This document shows, one piece after another, positions 39,101 through 51,040 of a stretch of 64,000 bases of DNA. The notes beneath the pieces were generated by a model. That model saw only the letters and a list, made by a program, of their open reading frames with translations, was not told where the DNA came from and made no database searches. Numbering within the stretch: position 1 is the stretch's first letter; each line of letters opens with the position of its first letter. This stretch comes from Vicugna vicugna (taxonomy: Eukaryota): positions 2,120,335 through 2,184,334 of the forward strand of contig MU057521.1 in NCBI GenBank assembly GCA_013265495.1, written 5' to 3'. A program made the position numbers and the translations under genes.

Positions 39101-40044
39101 AATTTCTCTAATAGATATAAATTGTTGACCACAGGGGAAGCATTATTCCCTGTGTTGTCTGTCATATGCTGAATGCCGGCTGAGGATGAGCAGATGGGGA
39201 ATCGCTCTGTTTCTGGTGGGGAGAGGGACGGGGAAGAAGATTGTTGGGCCAGGAACTGTGGAAAGAAGACTTCTTACTTGTGTGAGAGCTTAAAGATGAG
39301 TAGGCGTTCACTGCTGGAGGGAGGGGAAATGAAATAGTTCTGGTGGACTGAAGGACATGGCACCAAAGCAGGAAAATAAATGGTTTATTCAGGGAACAGG
39401 GCACTTCCCTGGATGAGAATAGGGGCTCCAGGTCAACTGACTGAAAGCCAATTCACTGCAGGATTAATTCACTAAAGGAATATTCTTGAGTACATTCAAT
39501 GGATATGTATGTACATATATATGAATGTATGTAAGTGTGTATATATAGTGTGTGCACAATTGTGTGTATATGTGTGTGTGTATTCACACACACACGCGTA
39601 TATGTAATTCTAATGGATATATTGGTGAATATATTATTTTTAAATAAATATATTACTTTCATGTCTTTTCTCTCCTTGAGTTGCAGAGGTGGAAGAAGCT
39701 CAAAAGAGGAGAGGGAAGGTGGGGAGTCACAACATATTATTAACTCACATTCCTCCCCAGTTGAACAGGCAGCTGTGTCTCCTACCTAATCTTTCATGTT
39801 GAAATGTGATAGTTAAATTGGTTTAGGAATGTCCTCATCCTGAATACAGGTTTAGGCTCATGTATCATTCAGTTGGTCCTTTCGATCTGAATGCTAAAAG
39901 TGGTGAAAGTCTAAATGAGTGAGCCCCAAACTCAGAACCCTTGCAAAGATACAACAAAAGATCGTCTTTTCTAGGGTGAGGCTCCAAGAACTGTCTTTTC
40001 AGCGGGGTTTAGGAAACACTGGATACACCCCACACTTTTGGTCC

Positions 40045-40385
40045 TGAATTTCAGTATACATTCCGTTTAACTGAGGAAGTTGTTAAAAATGCAGATTTGG
40101 GGGCTCCTCCCAGAAATTCCGACTCAGTAAGCATATGGTGGGGCCCTGCCCTGGAATACTCATTTTACAATCAACCCTGGTGATTCTGTTAAAACCGATC
40201 CCTAGCTCACGATTTGAGAAGTAATTCTCAACCCTGGTTGCTATTTAGAATTACCTGGGAGCTTTTTAAAAATACTGACTCCTGGGTCCTACCCCCAGAT
40301 CAATTACCTCAGGTTTTCTTGGGGTAGAGCTAGGAAATTATCTTTGTTAAGTGCTCCCAGGTAATTCTAACATGTAACGTGAGCG
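40045..40385. mobile_element. Two adjacent MER5-type hAT elements
   Basis: GTTAAAAATGCAGATTTGGGGGCTCCTCCCAGAAATTCCGACTCAGTA and TTCTCAACCCTGGTTGCTATTTAGAATTACCTGGGAGCTTTTTAAAAATAC. Confidence 0.65.
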
Positions 40386-41825
40386 AGGAGGATCCTGGCT
40401 AGACCGCAAATGTTTAGGGCGAAGTTGGCATTCGATTGCGTACGTGGAGAGACTGGTATTTCCTTACAGTTTAAGATGGTTATTTAAACCTCACAACAAT
40501 TCTGAGTTCCCATTTTACAGATGAAGAAACGAGGCTCAGAACAGTATAATTAATCTGGGGACATTTATCTTATGAGTGTTGGAACCAAAGTTCTCTTGTA
40601 ATACATCTTGCTGCCTCCTTGCACTGAGAGGTGCTATGGACAAATGAAAAATTTGTTTGATTCAGGTTTGGAGTGAAAATAAACTGATGAATGTCTTTAT
40701 ATAAGGCCTATATAATATTTTATAAGCTGAGTTGGGTCATGTGCACGTAATGGGGTGAGTGATTAGACCAGTGGGACACAACCTTGTCAGTTGCTGACTT
40801 ATAGGCACCTTGACCATGTGAAAGAGAATGAGGTCTGTCTCTCTGAGACATACCAGTGACTTCCTCTCACTGCAGCCAGAGACCCCTCTTCCACGAGAGC
40901 CAGTCAGTCCCTCGCAGGCAGGGGCTGCCTGGGACAGTTGCCACTGTCCTGTCTGGTCCATAGTCGTTTTGAATCTCAGTGGAACATTCATTCATATATA
41001 AAAATGGAAAGAGAATACTAAATCCCTTGTCCTCTCCTTTGCAGTGTTTCACACCTGATCTGACACAACCTTTATGGAGGGGTGTGACCATAGCAGTCAT
41101 CCATCCCCTACCTCACCTGTGATGTCACTGGCTGCCAGGCTAATGGGAGTTGGCCTTGATTTTGGACAGACTCATACTTACTCACCAAGAGCTCCCAGTA
41201 GCCTGGGGCTCTTTAGACACTGCCATTAACTACCCCCACCCATTGCTCCTGTAACGCACCTGCAGAGAGAGGGACTCGATATTGTGCTCCTCTCAGTGAG
41301 ATACAGGATTCATATATTTTCTGCATTCACGTAAGGTTTGGTTAGGTGCATTTTTCTTCGTGGATCATGACACAAAAACTTTGATGTCGAAGGTAGACTT
41401 TGAGTTTGAGAGAGAGACAGGGTTATTCCTAGGGACTAGGAATATTTTAAGTTTTAGATTTTTTTTTCATGTTTACTGGTTGATTGTAAAGTATGTGAAA
41501 AAAAGTACGGATGAATAGTCAGGTGAAGAGGTACACAGGAGGCTGTTCTGTAAACGTCTGTGAGGTCAAGGTGGTAGGTGGTCTTGTTGAAATCGTCTGT
41601 ATCTTTACTGATTTTCTGTCTACTTGTTCTATCAGCTCTTGCAAGTTGGGTTTTGAGATCCCCAGCTGTACTTGTGGATTTGTCTCCCTTTTACATTTTT
41701 ATCAGTGTTTCCTTCACGTGTTCTGGGTCTTTGTTATTAGGTGTAGGTATCTTTGTAATTGTTACATATTCCTGATGTTTGACCCATTTTTCTCTGTGAA
41801 ATGTCCCTCTTTGTCTCTATTAACA

Positions 41826-42262
41826 TTTCTTTTTTTTTTAACATTTTTTATTGATTTATAATCATTTTACAATGTTGTGTCAAATTCCAGTGTAGAGCAC
41901 AATTTTTCAGTTATACATGAACATATATATATTCATTGTCGCATTTTTTTCTCTGTGAGCTACCATAAGATCTTGTGTATATTTCCCTGTGCTATACAGT
42001 ATAATCTTGTTTATCTATTCTACAATTTTGAAATCCCTGTCTATCTGTTCTCACCCCCTGCCCCCTTGGCAATCACAAGTTTATAGTTTATATTCTATGT
42101 CTGTGAGTCTATTTCTGTTTTGTATTTATGCTTTTTTTTTTTTTTAGATTCCACATATGAGCGATCTCATATGGTATTTTTCTTTCTCTTTCTGGCTTAC
42201 TTCACTTAGAATGACATTCTCCAGGAGCATCCATGTTGCTGCAAATGGCGTTATGTTGTCGG
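41826..42262 (-). mobile_element. Young lineage-specific L1 3' end
   Basis: Reverse complement of the 10809-11045 element, extending further 5'. Poly(T) at 41826-41839. Confidence 0.85.
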
Positions 42263-42639
42263 TAGGTTTTAGATTTTTCAGCAGTGCTCCTAACTATAAC
42301 TAGAATGCTGCTGTATGATGTAAATTGCAACCCAAGCCATTCCCCAATATATCTCTGCCCAGTGTAAATTTCTTCTCCCTCCTTCCCATGGTCTGAAGTG
42401 ACAGCTTCAACCTGAGGGCTGAACCGCCGCTCCTGCTGCTCACTGGCTCCCCCTGTCCATCTTCCAGGGATTGTCTTAGCATCATCTCAAAGTCTCACTT
42501 CCTATCTTCTCTTCAGAGCCTGTAAAACAGCCCCCCATGCTCTCAAGGAGCGTCCAGCAAAGCATGATTTCCCTCCAACCTGAAGTTGGCTTACCACTAC
42601 GACTTACATGTCACTCGGATGTTCCCTATAGGATTCTTT

Positions 42640-43975
42640 TAAAAAATAATAGCTTTACTGAGATATAATTCACATAATATAACATTCACTCTTTTAAGGT
42701 GTATTTTTTTTCAGTATATTCACAATTGTGCAGCCGTTACTGCTACCTAATTTTAGACATGGCCACCACCCCTAAAAGAAATCCTGTGCGTCATTCCCCA
42801 TTTTGCTCCAACCTCCCTTCTCCTAGTCCTAGGTAACCACTAATCAACTCTCTGCCTCTACAGATTTGCTTATTCTGGGCATCTCATATGAACAGAATCA
42901 CATAACATATGGTCCTTTGTGACTGACTTCTTCCACTTAGCATGTTTTCAAGGTTCATCCCTGTTGTGGCGTGTGCTATTGCTTCCCTTCCGTTCATGGC
43001 TGAATAATGTTCCATGGTATGCATATACCACATCTTACTCCTCCATTCATCAGTGGATGGACATTTGGATTGTTTTCATTTTGGACATTTATGAATAATG
43101 CTGCTATGGACATTCATGGGTGAGTTTTTGTGCACATGTCTTTTCATGAGGAAGGTATATACTGAGGGCTGAAATTGCTGGGTCATGCATTTAACATTTT
43201 GAGGAACTGCCAGACTGTTTTCCAAAGCAGCTGTATCATTTAGCATTCCAACCAGAAATGTATGAGGGTTCCAAGTTCTCTACATCTTCAACACTTGTGG
43301 ATTTTTCTCTTTTTGATTACAGCTATCTTCGTGGGCATGAAGGAGTATTTTGTGGCTTTTATTTGCGTTTCCCTGATCACTAATGAGGTTGAGCATCTTT
43401 TCTTGTGCTTGTTGGCCATTAGCAATATGAAAACGAATTTATGTATGTATATGCATGACTGGGACATTGTGCTGTACACCAGAGATCAACACATTGTAAT
43501 TGACTGTACTTCAATAAAAAAATAAATATTGTCCATTAGTATATCATCCTTGGAGAAATATCTTTTAAAATCCTTAGCCCATTAAAGAAATTGGGTAGTT
43601 TGTCTTTTTATTGTTGAGAGACAAAAATTCTTTCTGTATTCTGATACAAATCCCTTATCTGATTTGCAACTATTTGCAATTTTCTTTTGTCTTTTTCACT
43701 TTCTTGGAGGTGGCCTTTACAGCACAAAATTGTGCTGAAGTCCTATTTGTTTATTTTTCTTTTGCTGCTTGTGCTTTGGATGTCATATCTAAGAAACCAT
43801 GGCTTACTGCAAGGTCTCAAAGATGTACTCTTATGTTTTCCTCTAAAAGGTTTACAGCATTTACTCTAATATGTAGGTTAGTGAGCCATCTTGAGTTAAT
43901 TTCTGCATGTGGTGTGAAGTAGGGGTCCAACTTCATTCTCCCAGCACCATTTGTTGAAACAACTGTTTAGGCCAC
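42640..43975 (-). mobile_element. Older L1 (L1MB-type) 3' region, with a small young L1 end nested at about 43423-43525 on the plus strand
   Basis: Typical antisense L1 text such as GAGGAACTGCCAGACTGTTTTCCAAAGCAGCTG and GAGCATCTTTTCTTGTGCTTGTTGGCCATT. Confidence 0.85.
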
Positions 43976-43992
43976 TGAACTGTCTCAGTACT

Positions 43993-44601
43993 TGAATTAG
44001 TCAGCTCAGACTGCCCTAACCGAATAGCATAGACCGGGTAATTTAAACAACAGAAATGTATATTTCACAGTTCTGGAGGCTGAGAAGTTCAAGATCAAGG
44101 CGCTGCCCCATTTGGTGAATTTGTGACATAAGACAAATTATGTGTTTGCAAAATGTAATGGTGGAACAGGCATTGGCTCTAGACATTCCCATTCCAAAAG
44201 GGAGAAATGGGAAAGAAGAAAAGGTGATGGGTCCTAAGCAAGTCCAAAATCTAGCAAAGCAAATGCCATAAGATTTTAAGGCTTATGAACAATAGAAATT
44301 TATCTCTCTCAGTTCTGGAGGCTGGAAGTCCAGGATCAAGGCCCCTGCGGATACGGTGTGGCTGAGAGGGCCTGCTTCCTGGTTCACACTGGCAGTCTTC
44401 TCACCGTGTCTTCACGTGATGAAAGGTGCTGGAGAGTCTGGGAGCCTCTTTTTTAAGAGCACTCATCCCATTCATGAGGGCTTCACACTCATAACCTAAA
44501 TGTCTCCCAAAGACCCCAGCTCCTGATGCCATCATACTGAACATTGAGTTTCAACATATGCTTTTTTGGGAGAGGGAGGCATAAATATTTAGTCTATAGC
44601 A
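43993..44601 (-). mobile_element. MaLR MLT1A-type LTR pieces with a short internal (MLT1-int) segment
   Basis: The LTR motif AACAACAGAAAT...CAGTTCTGGAGGCTG..AAGT.CA.GATCAAGG occurs twice (about 44047 and 44289). Between them lies GACATTCCCATTCCAAAAGGGAGAAAT, which resembles MaLR internal sequence. Confidence 0.7.
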
Positions 44602-45813
44602 ACTGGTTAACTCAAGTGCTTCTCTGTGTGACAAACAATTCTGACCACATATATAAACATAATATATCTATCTATCTATCTATATGTGTTTTTCTTCATC
44701 CTAGAATTTTTACTTGAACATTTTCTAGTATGATGAATTGCTAACCATTTTGGCTATAGGTAAGATTATCCAAAGGCACCCCAGATGTTAGGTGAAAAAT
44801 CACAGCTTATTCAAATTGGATTTTAGGTGTTGACAAACATGTTCTAGATTAGAAAAGATGTTGTGAATTCATGAGTAATCACTGTGGCTGCCTACACTTT
44901 TCTATGCACATGTTTATAATACAATTGATTTATGACATCAATAGCTCTTTCACAACTGTTAACCATTTAAACTATAGCATTGTAAAAATGAGACCTAGAT
45001 TTTGTTTCCTCTGTTTGTCCAATCTAACATATAATCATTTGTCTCAGAGAATTCTGGAAAAAAACATATTTTCATATGCATAAAAGGTTCCTGTAGGTTC
45101 CTGTTCTAGCTTTACATGATTTTTTTCATTTTTATAACACATCTAGGTATTATTTTGACTAAAATCACAGTTAGTAATTATAACACATAAGTTTTTTATC
45201 TAGAATATTTTCTTGAAAGGTTTCTTGTCACTTGTGCTGTGGGGTCTTAAAACATTACAAAAACTATGCACATTAATTGAAATACATTGGAAATATAAGG
45301 AAAGGAAGAGAAAAACAAATATTCTATGAGAAGTGGCTACTCCTGACCTTCTTAAAATTATTTTGCTGTGGCTACGCTCATCCTTATCATCATAGTCAGG
45401 TTCTAAAGCTTCCTCTTGTCACTTCAGTGGGGTGAGGAGAGCAGGGATGGGGGCTGGGAGGCTGGAGAAGGGAGCCTGATTGCCTTGGAGCTTGACTTTG
45501 TGTGAAAATGACCCGCCCCTGAGTTTACCACACCAGAACTTCCTGTAGTCTGGATTTTGCTGATGGAATCTCTATGGTATAATTTAAAGTTATTTATTGT
45601 ATTTCCTGAATTTTGTAGTTAAATCTAGAAGCTTGATCATATTCAAGTCTGATCTGTTTTGGTTAGACTACTTTAAAGGTGATGCTGTGAACTGCCATCC
45701 AGAAACACCCAATGTCTGACTTACTCTCTTTTTTGTGATGATATCAGCCATTGATGATCATAGCCTAGATGTGTTAATTCATTAGGGTGTTCTAATCTTA
45801 TCATTTTTTCTTT

Positions 45814-45829
45814 TTTTAGAATGTATTGC

Positions 45830-45864
<35 letters not shown>

Positions 45865-45990
45865 TTTTAGTGGGGGGCAGTTAAATAAGTTCATTTATTT
45901 ATTTATTTTTAGAGGAGGTACTGGGGATTGAACCTAAGACCTTGTGTATGCTAAGCATGCGCTCTACCACTTGAGCTATACCCTCCCCCT
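45814..45990 (-). mobile_element. tRNA-derived camelid SINE (vic-1-like) with (TTTA)n tail and TSD
   Basis: Reverse strand reads GGGGAGGGTATAGCTCAAGTGGTAGAGCGCATGC...GGTTCAATCCCCAGTACCTCC. Flanked by TCATTTTTT(T)CTTT at 45801 and 45993. Confidence 0.9.
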
Positions 45991-47915
45991 CTTCATTTTT
46001 TTCTTTATGCATTAGCTGGAATACATCTATAAAGATGTGAAAAGTGGCACATGACTAAAGAGGAAGCTCTTTACCAGCTATGTGGTTATCTGAGATTTGC
46101 ATTGGAAAGGCAGAATACATGTTGGGCTCTTTCTCTTGCATCTGTTTTCTTTTTTCTTTTTTTTTAACGCATCCATTTTTAAAACAGTTGGTTAGGAGAG
46201 TGTATTCTTTAAGACAGTAGAAGTAGGAGAATGAAACTATAGACTCTGCTCATTTGACAAGAACTAACCATACAAACTCTTTCAGTACAGTCTCATCCGT
46301 GGTTTTCCCGGAGGACGTGCCAGTGCAAATGGAAAACTCAACATCTGCGGCCAGATAATGAGCACAAAGAGTAATGTGGCACTTTTCACCTTCAAAGCGT
46401 TTCAGGGGTAATTATTCCTCCCATCTTGCCAAGAATTAGGTGTTATTACCTTCATTTTAAAGATAAGAAAATGGAGACCTGAAGAAGATATGAGAGCAAC
46501 TTGCCCCAAGCTAGGAGGGCGTCACCATGAACGATAAGGATATAATTTGTGTATGGCATAATTTAAAATGTCATGCTGAGGAAGAGAGATACAGATAGAG
46601 CCAAAGAAAAGAGGAGCTGGAGACCACTGACTCAGTTCTGACACCGTAAATTGTGCAGAGTGCAGGAATTTGGGGACAGCCTGGGCCATGGGGATTTTCA
46701 ATGAAGCCTTTGATATTGTAATGTCTGACAAATGGTAGGTGATGAGCAAATATCTGTCAGATGACTAAAAATGAAGAATTTGTTACACTTTGCTACTGTG
46801 GAGCTCTCTATAGTATGACAGGGACAGAAAACGCTCTGCTAGATTCACAGTTCTCAATTACTGTACACCAGCAGTTGGAAGATGACGGTCATTTTTTTCT
46901 CTAAGTTAGAACTATTTAGTGTATGCTGATTACTTCTTGTATAAAGTAAAGAGAGTGTTTCTATTAAACTTTAAATATGCTTTGTTCATGCTGACAGATT
47001 ACATATAATTGTGAGACTCCATCAAACAAGATGATGTAATTCTTGGGTATCAGTCTTCACACTGGCTTGGTCCTCAGATTTTTTATGGTAGAGATGTTGA
47101 AGTTAAAATAATCCCAGCACTTTAGAACTGGACTATACAAAATTTGTGTTCTCCACCCAGATTAATTACCCCAACAGCCTGGTTTAGGATTTAATAATTG
47201 CTTAGACCTTGGATAAGCTTGCCTCATTAGCACAAACACCACTGTCAATGGTTTGAGAGTGAGGGGAAAAGCAACACAGGGTGTTTTTCAAAAGGAAGAA
47301 ACCCAGAAGCTTCTTTCTGACACTAAATCTGTCTTATGAGTCACCTAACAACACCTAGTAACCTAAAACCCATGTGGTGAGCTTTATGATGACTTGGTAA
47401 TTTATCTCCTCTTTGAAAAGAATGGCTAATTCTTTCCATGTACTGTAGACTTATAACTCAGGAATCAGATGCTTCATGTTTGATTTGTTGAGTGAGAAAT
47501 CTCAGTTTAATTCATACTCCATGTTTCTTCTTTCTGTTTAATTCTCAACTCCTGTGCCAATAACCCTATTTATTGATTTTTTTCTAAGGAACTGCATTTG
47601 TTTTTAGCTTTTCTTTTTCCCAGCTGAAGGCTAGCCTTGCTATTAGGCTGCTCAGGTATTAAAGGCATCCTTGTAATCTTTTGGACTGGTAAAGAAGGGG
47701 GATCTTGCCATTCTCACACAACTTCCTCCTACTCCATATCTATTCAAAGACTTCTCTCTGCTTTCTTCAGACTCCTCCTTCTCTGGCTGATATCACCTTC
47801 CTGTGAAGTCATGACTGGTGACAGTAGGTAAATGCTAGTATGCTCATCAAATCCTGGACTACTTAGAGCTTGAAAAAAGTGGGTGTTAAGACTTTTATCA
47901 AGAACACGGTATTTT

Positions 47916-48009
47916 GGGGGGATGGGTATATTTCAGTGGTTGAGCACATGCTTAGCTTGCATGGGGTCCTGGGTTCAATCCCCAGCACCTCCATTAAAGA
48001 AGAAAAAAA
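47916..48009 (+). mobile_element. tRNA-derived camelid SINE, short form, with TSD
   Basis: A/B boxes followed by an A tail. TSD AAGAACACGGTATTTT (47900-47915) and AAGAACATGTTATTTT (48010-48025). Confidence 0.88.
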
Positions 48010-48973
48010 AAGAACATGTTATTTTACACAAGGAGAGTGACTACATCATCTTGTGATATTAACAAGTGGTGTAGCTGACAATATAGCTCTGTTTAGGGCT
48101 GTGCAAGAATCAGGATTCCGTAATGACGTGGGGGAAGCGCTATCGTGGAGGGCAAGGGAGACTCCTGGCCAGTGAACGGCACTGAGCCTCAGGCAGGATG
48201 GAGCTTGATTCTAACCAGGTGAGCCAGGATGGTGGTTCTGCTTGTGGTGAGTCTTTGGGCTTCCTCTTCTAGATCTCCTTTGAAAAGAAAACTGATAGTA
48301 AATGAGTAAGGAATTTTCTTTGTTTCATTAATTTTCTTTCATTCTTGATCTATATTTAGAATTCAGTATTTACCCTTAAACTTTTTTTTTCTTTTTTGTT
48401 TTTAGCAGTGGAGGGTGGTGTGGTATTTGTACAGACTCAGGGTTTGGATTCTGGGTTTCTGGGTTTCTGGGTGTCTGCTGGACTCCATCTCTTACTAGCA
48501 ATTACTTAAGTTTCCAATATCAATTTCCTCATTTGTAAAATTGGCACCATAACATATAACTGACTTTGAAAGGGATAATATACATAAACTTTCTGTATGA
48601 AAGTTGAAAGATGAAAAGGTTGGGTGTACAATAAAAACATATAAACTGCAAAACATAATATAAGTTGTCATAGTGGTAGTAGTGATAAATATCCATTATT
48701 TAATATGAAATATCAAATACAGACTCCTCTCTTCAAAGTCTCAATCCTCCTCTCTCACCACAGTAAACTTCTCTTTTACTTGTTTTTCATATTTATTCTC
48801 TTTGCTGTTTGTAAGACACCCAGACCTAAATGTAGAAAGTGGAAATTTCACATAAATTGTGTGTGTATGTGTATGTGCATATATATATGTGTGTGTGATA
48901 CAGTCAATAAGTCTTAATTCCTCTCAAGCTTTAAAAACTATCGATTTTTCTTCCAATTAAAAAGTTGTACCCA

Positions 48974-49098
48974 GGGGGAAGTTGTATAGCTCAAGTGGTA
49001 GAGTGCATGTTTAGCATGCACAGGTCCTGGGTTCAATCTCCAGTACCCCTTCTAAACATAAATAAATAAATCTAATTACTCCCCCCAAATAAATAAAA
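48974..49098 (+). mobile_element. tRNA-derived camelid SINE (vic-1-like)
   Basis: TATAGCTCAAGTGGTAGAG...GGTTCAATCTCCAGTACC...CTAATTACTCCCCCC followed by an A-rich tail. Confidence 0.88.
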
Positions 49099-49194
49099 TT
49101 TTTTTCTTTATATTTACTATAAAGGAAAAATAATCTCTCTGAGATATGTAACTTCAGTACAGTTTTTAGAGAGTAAATATCATGATGGTTAATA

Positions 49195-49405
49195 TTTATT
49201 GGACGTTTATTGGTGGCAGGCATTAGTCTAAGCACTTTACCTGTATTATCTCATTTAGTCCTCATCCTAACCCTGTGAGGAGTTGCTAATGTCACCCCCA
49301 TTTTACAGATGAGACTGAGGCAACGGGAAATTTTAGTGGTTTGCTGAAAGCCATGGAGTCAAAAAGCAGAGCTGGGAACCAGCAAATCTCATACCAGAAT
49401 CAGTG
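49195..49405 (-). mobile_element. MIR SINE
   Basis: CTAAGCACTTTACCTGTATTATCTCATTTAGTCCTCA...CCCCATTTTACAGATGAGACTGAGG. Confidence 0.8.
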
Positions 49406-50689
49406 CTCACTATTGGATGACCTATGTCAGGGTGGAATCTGCCAGAAGCCTATGATTTTGAAAGTATGATCTGTGAAAATCCAGTTCTAAACCATGGGAA
49501 GGATTTCAGACTCCAGGGTCTAAACCCATCAAATCACAATCTCTGGGGATTTGGGTCTGGGAACATGCAATTTGATGGCACTTCCTCTCCTGATCCCCCA
49601 CTCGCCACCCTACGTGATTCTGTTGCACAGCAGTGTTGAAGAACCAGTAGCATACACAAGCATTTTGATCTAACTGCTAAAAAAAGAGAAAACCTTGATT
49701 TACCTGCTATAATTTTTAATTCTTTATGTTCCAAAATATTCAAATAGCTACTCTCTTTCTTGGAAGAGGACACCACTTCCTTTCATAGCGATTGCTGTCT
49801 GCACCATGCTGTGGTCACAAATAATTTACTGCTCTCTACTACTAGATCCCCACTCGTGTGTCCTTTTACAAATTTCAGACATGTTTATTTAATGTGTAGC
49901 GTGCAGAGCAGTGCGTGAGCTCTAGGAGGGGAGTAAGGATGCAGAGAGAAACCACACGTGGTCCTGCCCTTCCTGTGGCTCAGGGTCCAGGGATTGCTCA
50001 CAATAAATGGGTGTGAATGAAGGGGTACAAGGACGGAATGGGGCACAGTGAAGAAATGTCTGGTCGTGAGTTTCTACACTGAAAGGACTTGGAGCTACAA
50101 CAAGCAGATCCCAGAGTCCTCCAGGTATGGGGGCGTGAGGACACTGGATGGACAGAATCGCCCTTAAATCCCCTCTTAGGAGGTGGAGACTACGGCTTAA
50201 CACATATCCTAGCATGGTGCCCTCCATACATAGGATGGCTGGATTCATACATTTCTTCCTCTTCCCCCTGACTCCCTGGAAGCCTCCTTGAGAATTCCTT
50301 CCCTTTCCACGTGAAGCCAGTTGGCTTCCTGTTTCTGAGACGTGTGACTTCTTCCATTCTCTCTCTCATTTAAGTGGTCCTGTCATCACACAGAACTAAT
50401 GCTCATTAAAGGAGGGAGTACTTCTTATATTCCACATAATACAGCCTGCATTCCACATTAAATGGGTACATTTAGTTAAATGTACCCATCTAATCTCAGA
50501 TTAAACACAAGACTATGGTGATTAATACAGGTGGAAAGTTTAAGAGCATTACTCACCAGTCCTGTGCCTCCTTTTCATTTATAAAGTGGAATAAAAATAG
50601 AACTTAAAATGATTATCACAAGACATGTAGTAAAAGGTCTTACTCATATCACTTAAAAAAAAAATGCAAGGCACTGTGGGCCTCGGTTT

Positions 50690-51040
50690 CACTGTTTGGA
50701 GACAAGGGATTCGGACTGGCCCTGGCCAGGTTTCCCTTAGAGCTGAGCAGCGCTTCTCCCTGAGCGCCTTATTGCATCAGGTAGCGAGGCAGAGATGACG
50801 CAGCCACTGAGTCAGCACGCGGGCCGGTGCACGGAGGAGGGAGGAGGTGGAGGAGAAAGAGGGTTAAGCCTGTCCCAACTTGTGCTCCCCTCCTGGGGCG
50901 GGGATCTTCCCGGAGGTGCTCCTGTGCCCCAGCTCTTCGGGCTCCCGTGCTCCCTGGCCCGGTTCATTTCGGCAGCTGTCGGGATGGGTTGCTGTGACAT
51001 CACTTCTGCTGGCCCTTGGAGCGGTCCTAGACCTCGTCAA
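50690..51040. promoter_or_regulatory. Candidate upstream enhancer of SERPINB5
   Basis: Local GC/CpG-rich patch with clustered bZIP motifs at 50771-50817 and a GC box (GGGGCGGGG) near 50895. Confidence 0.5.
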
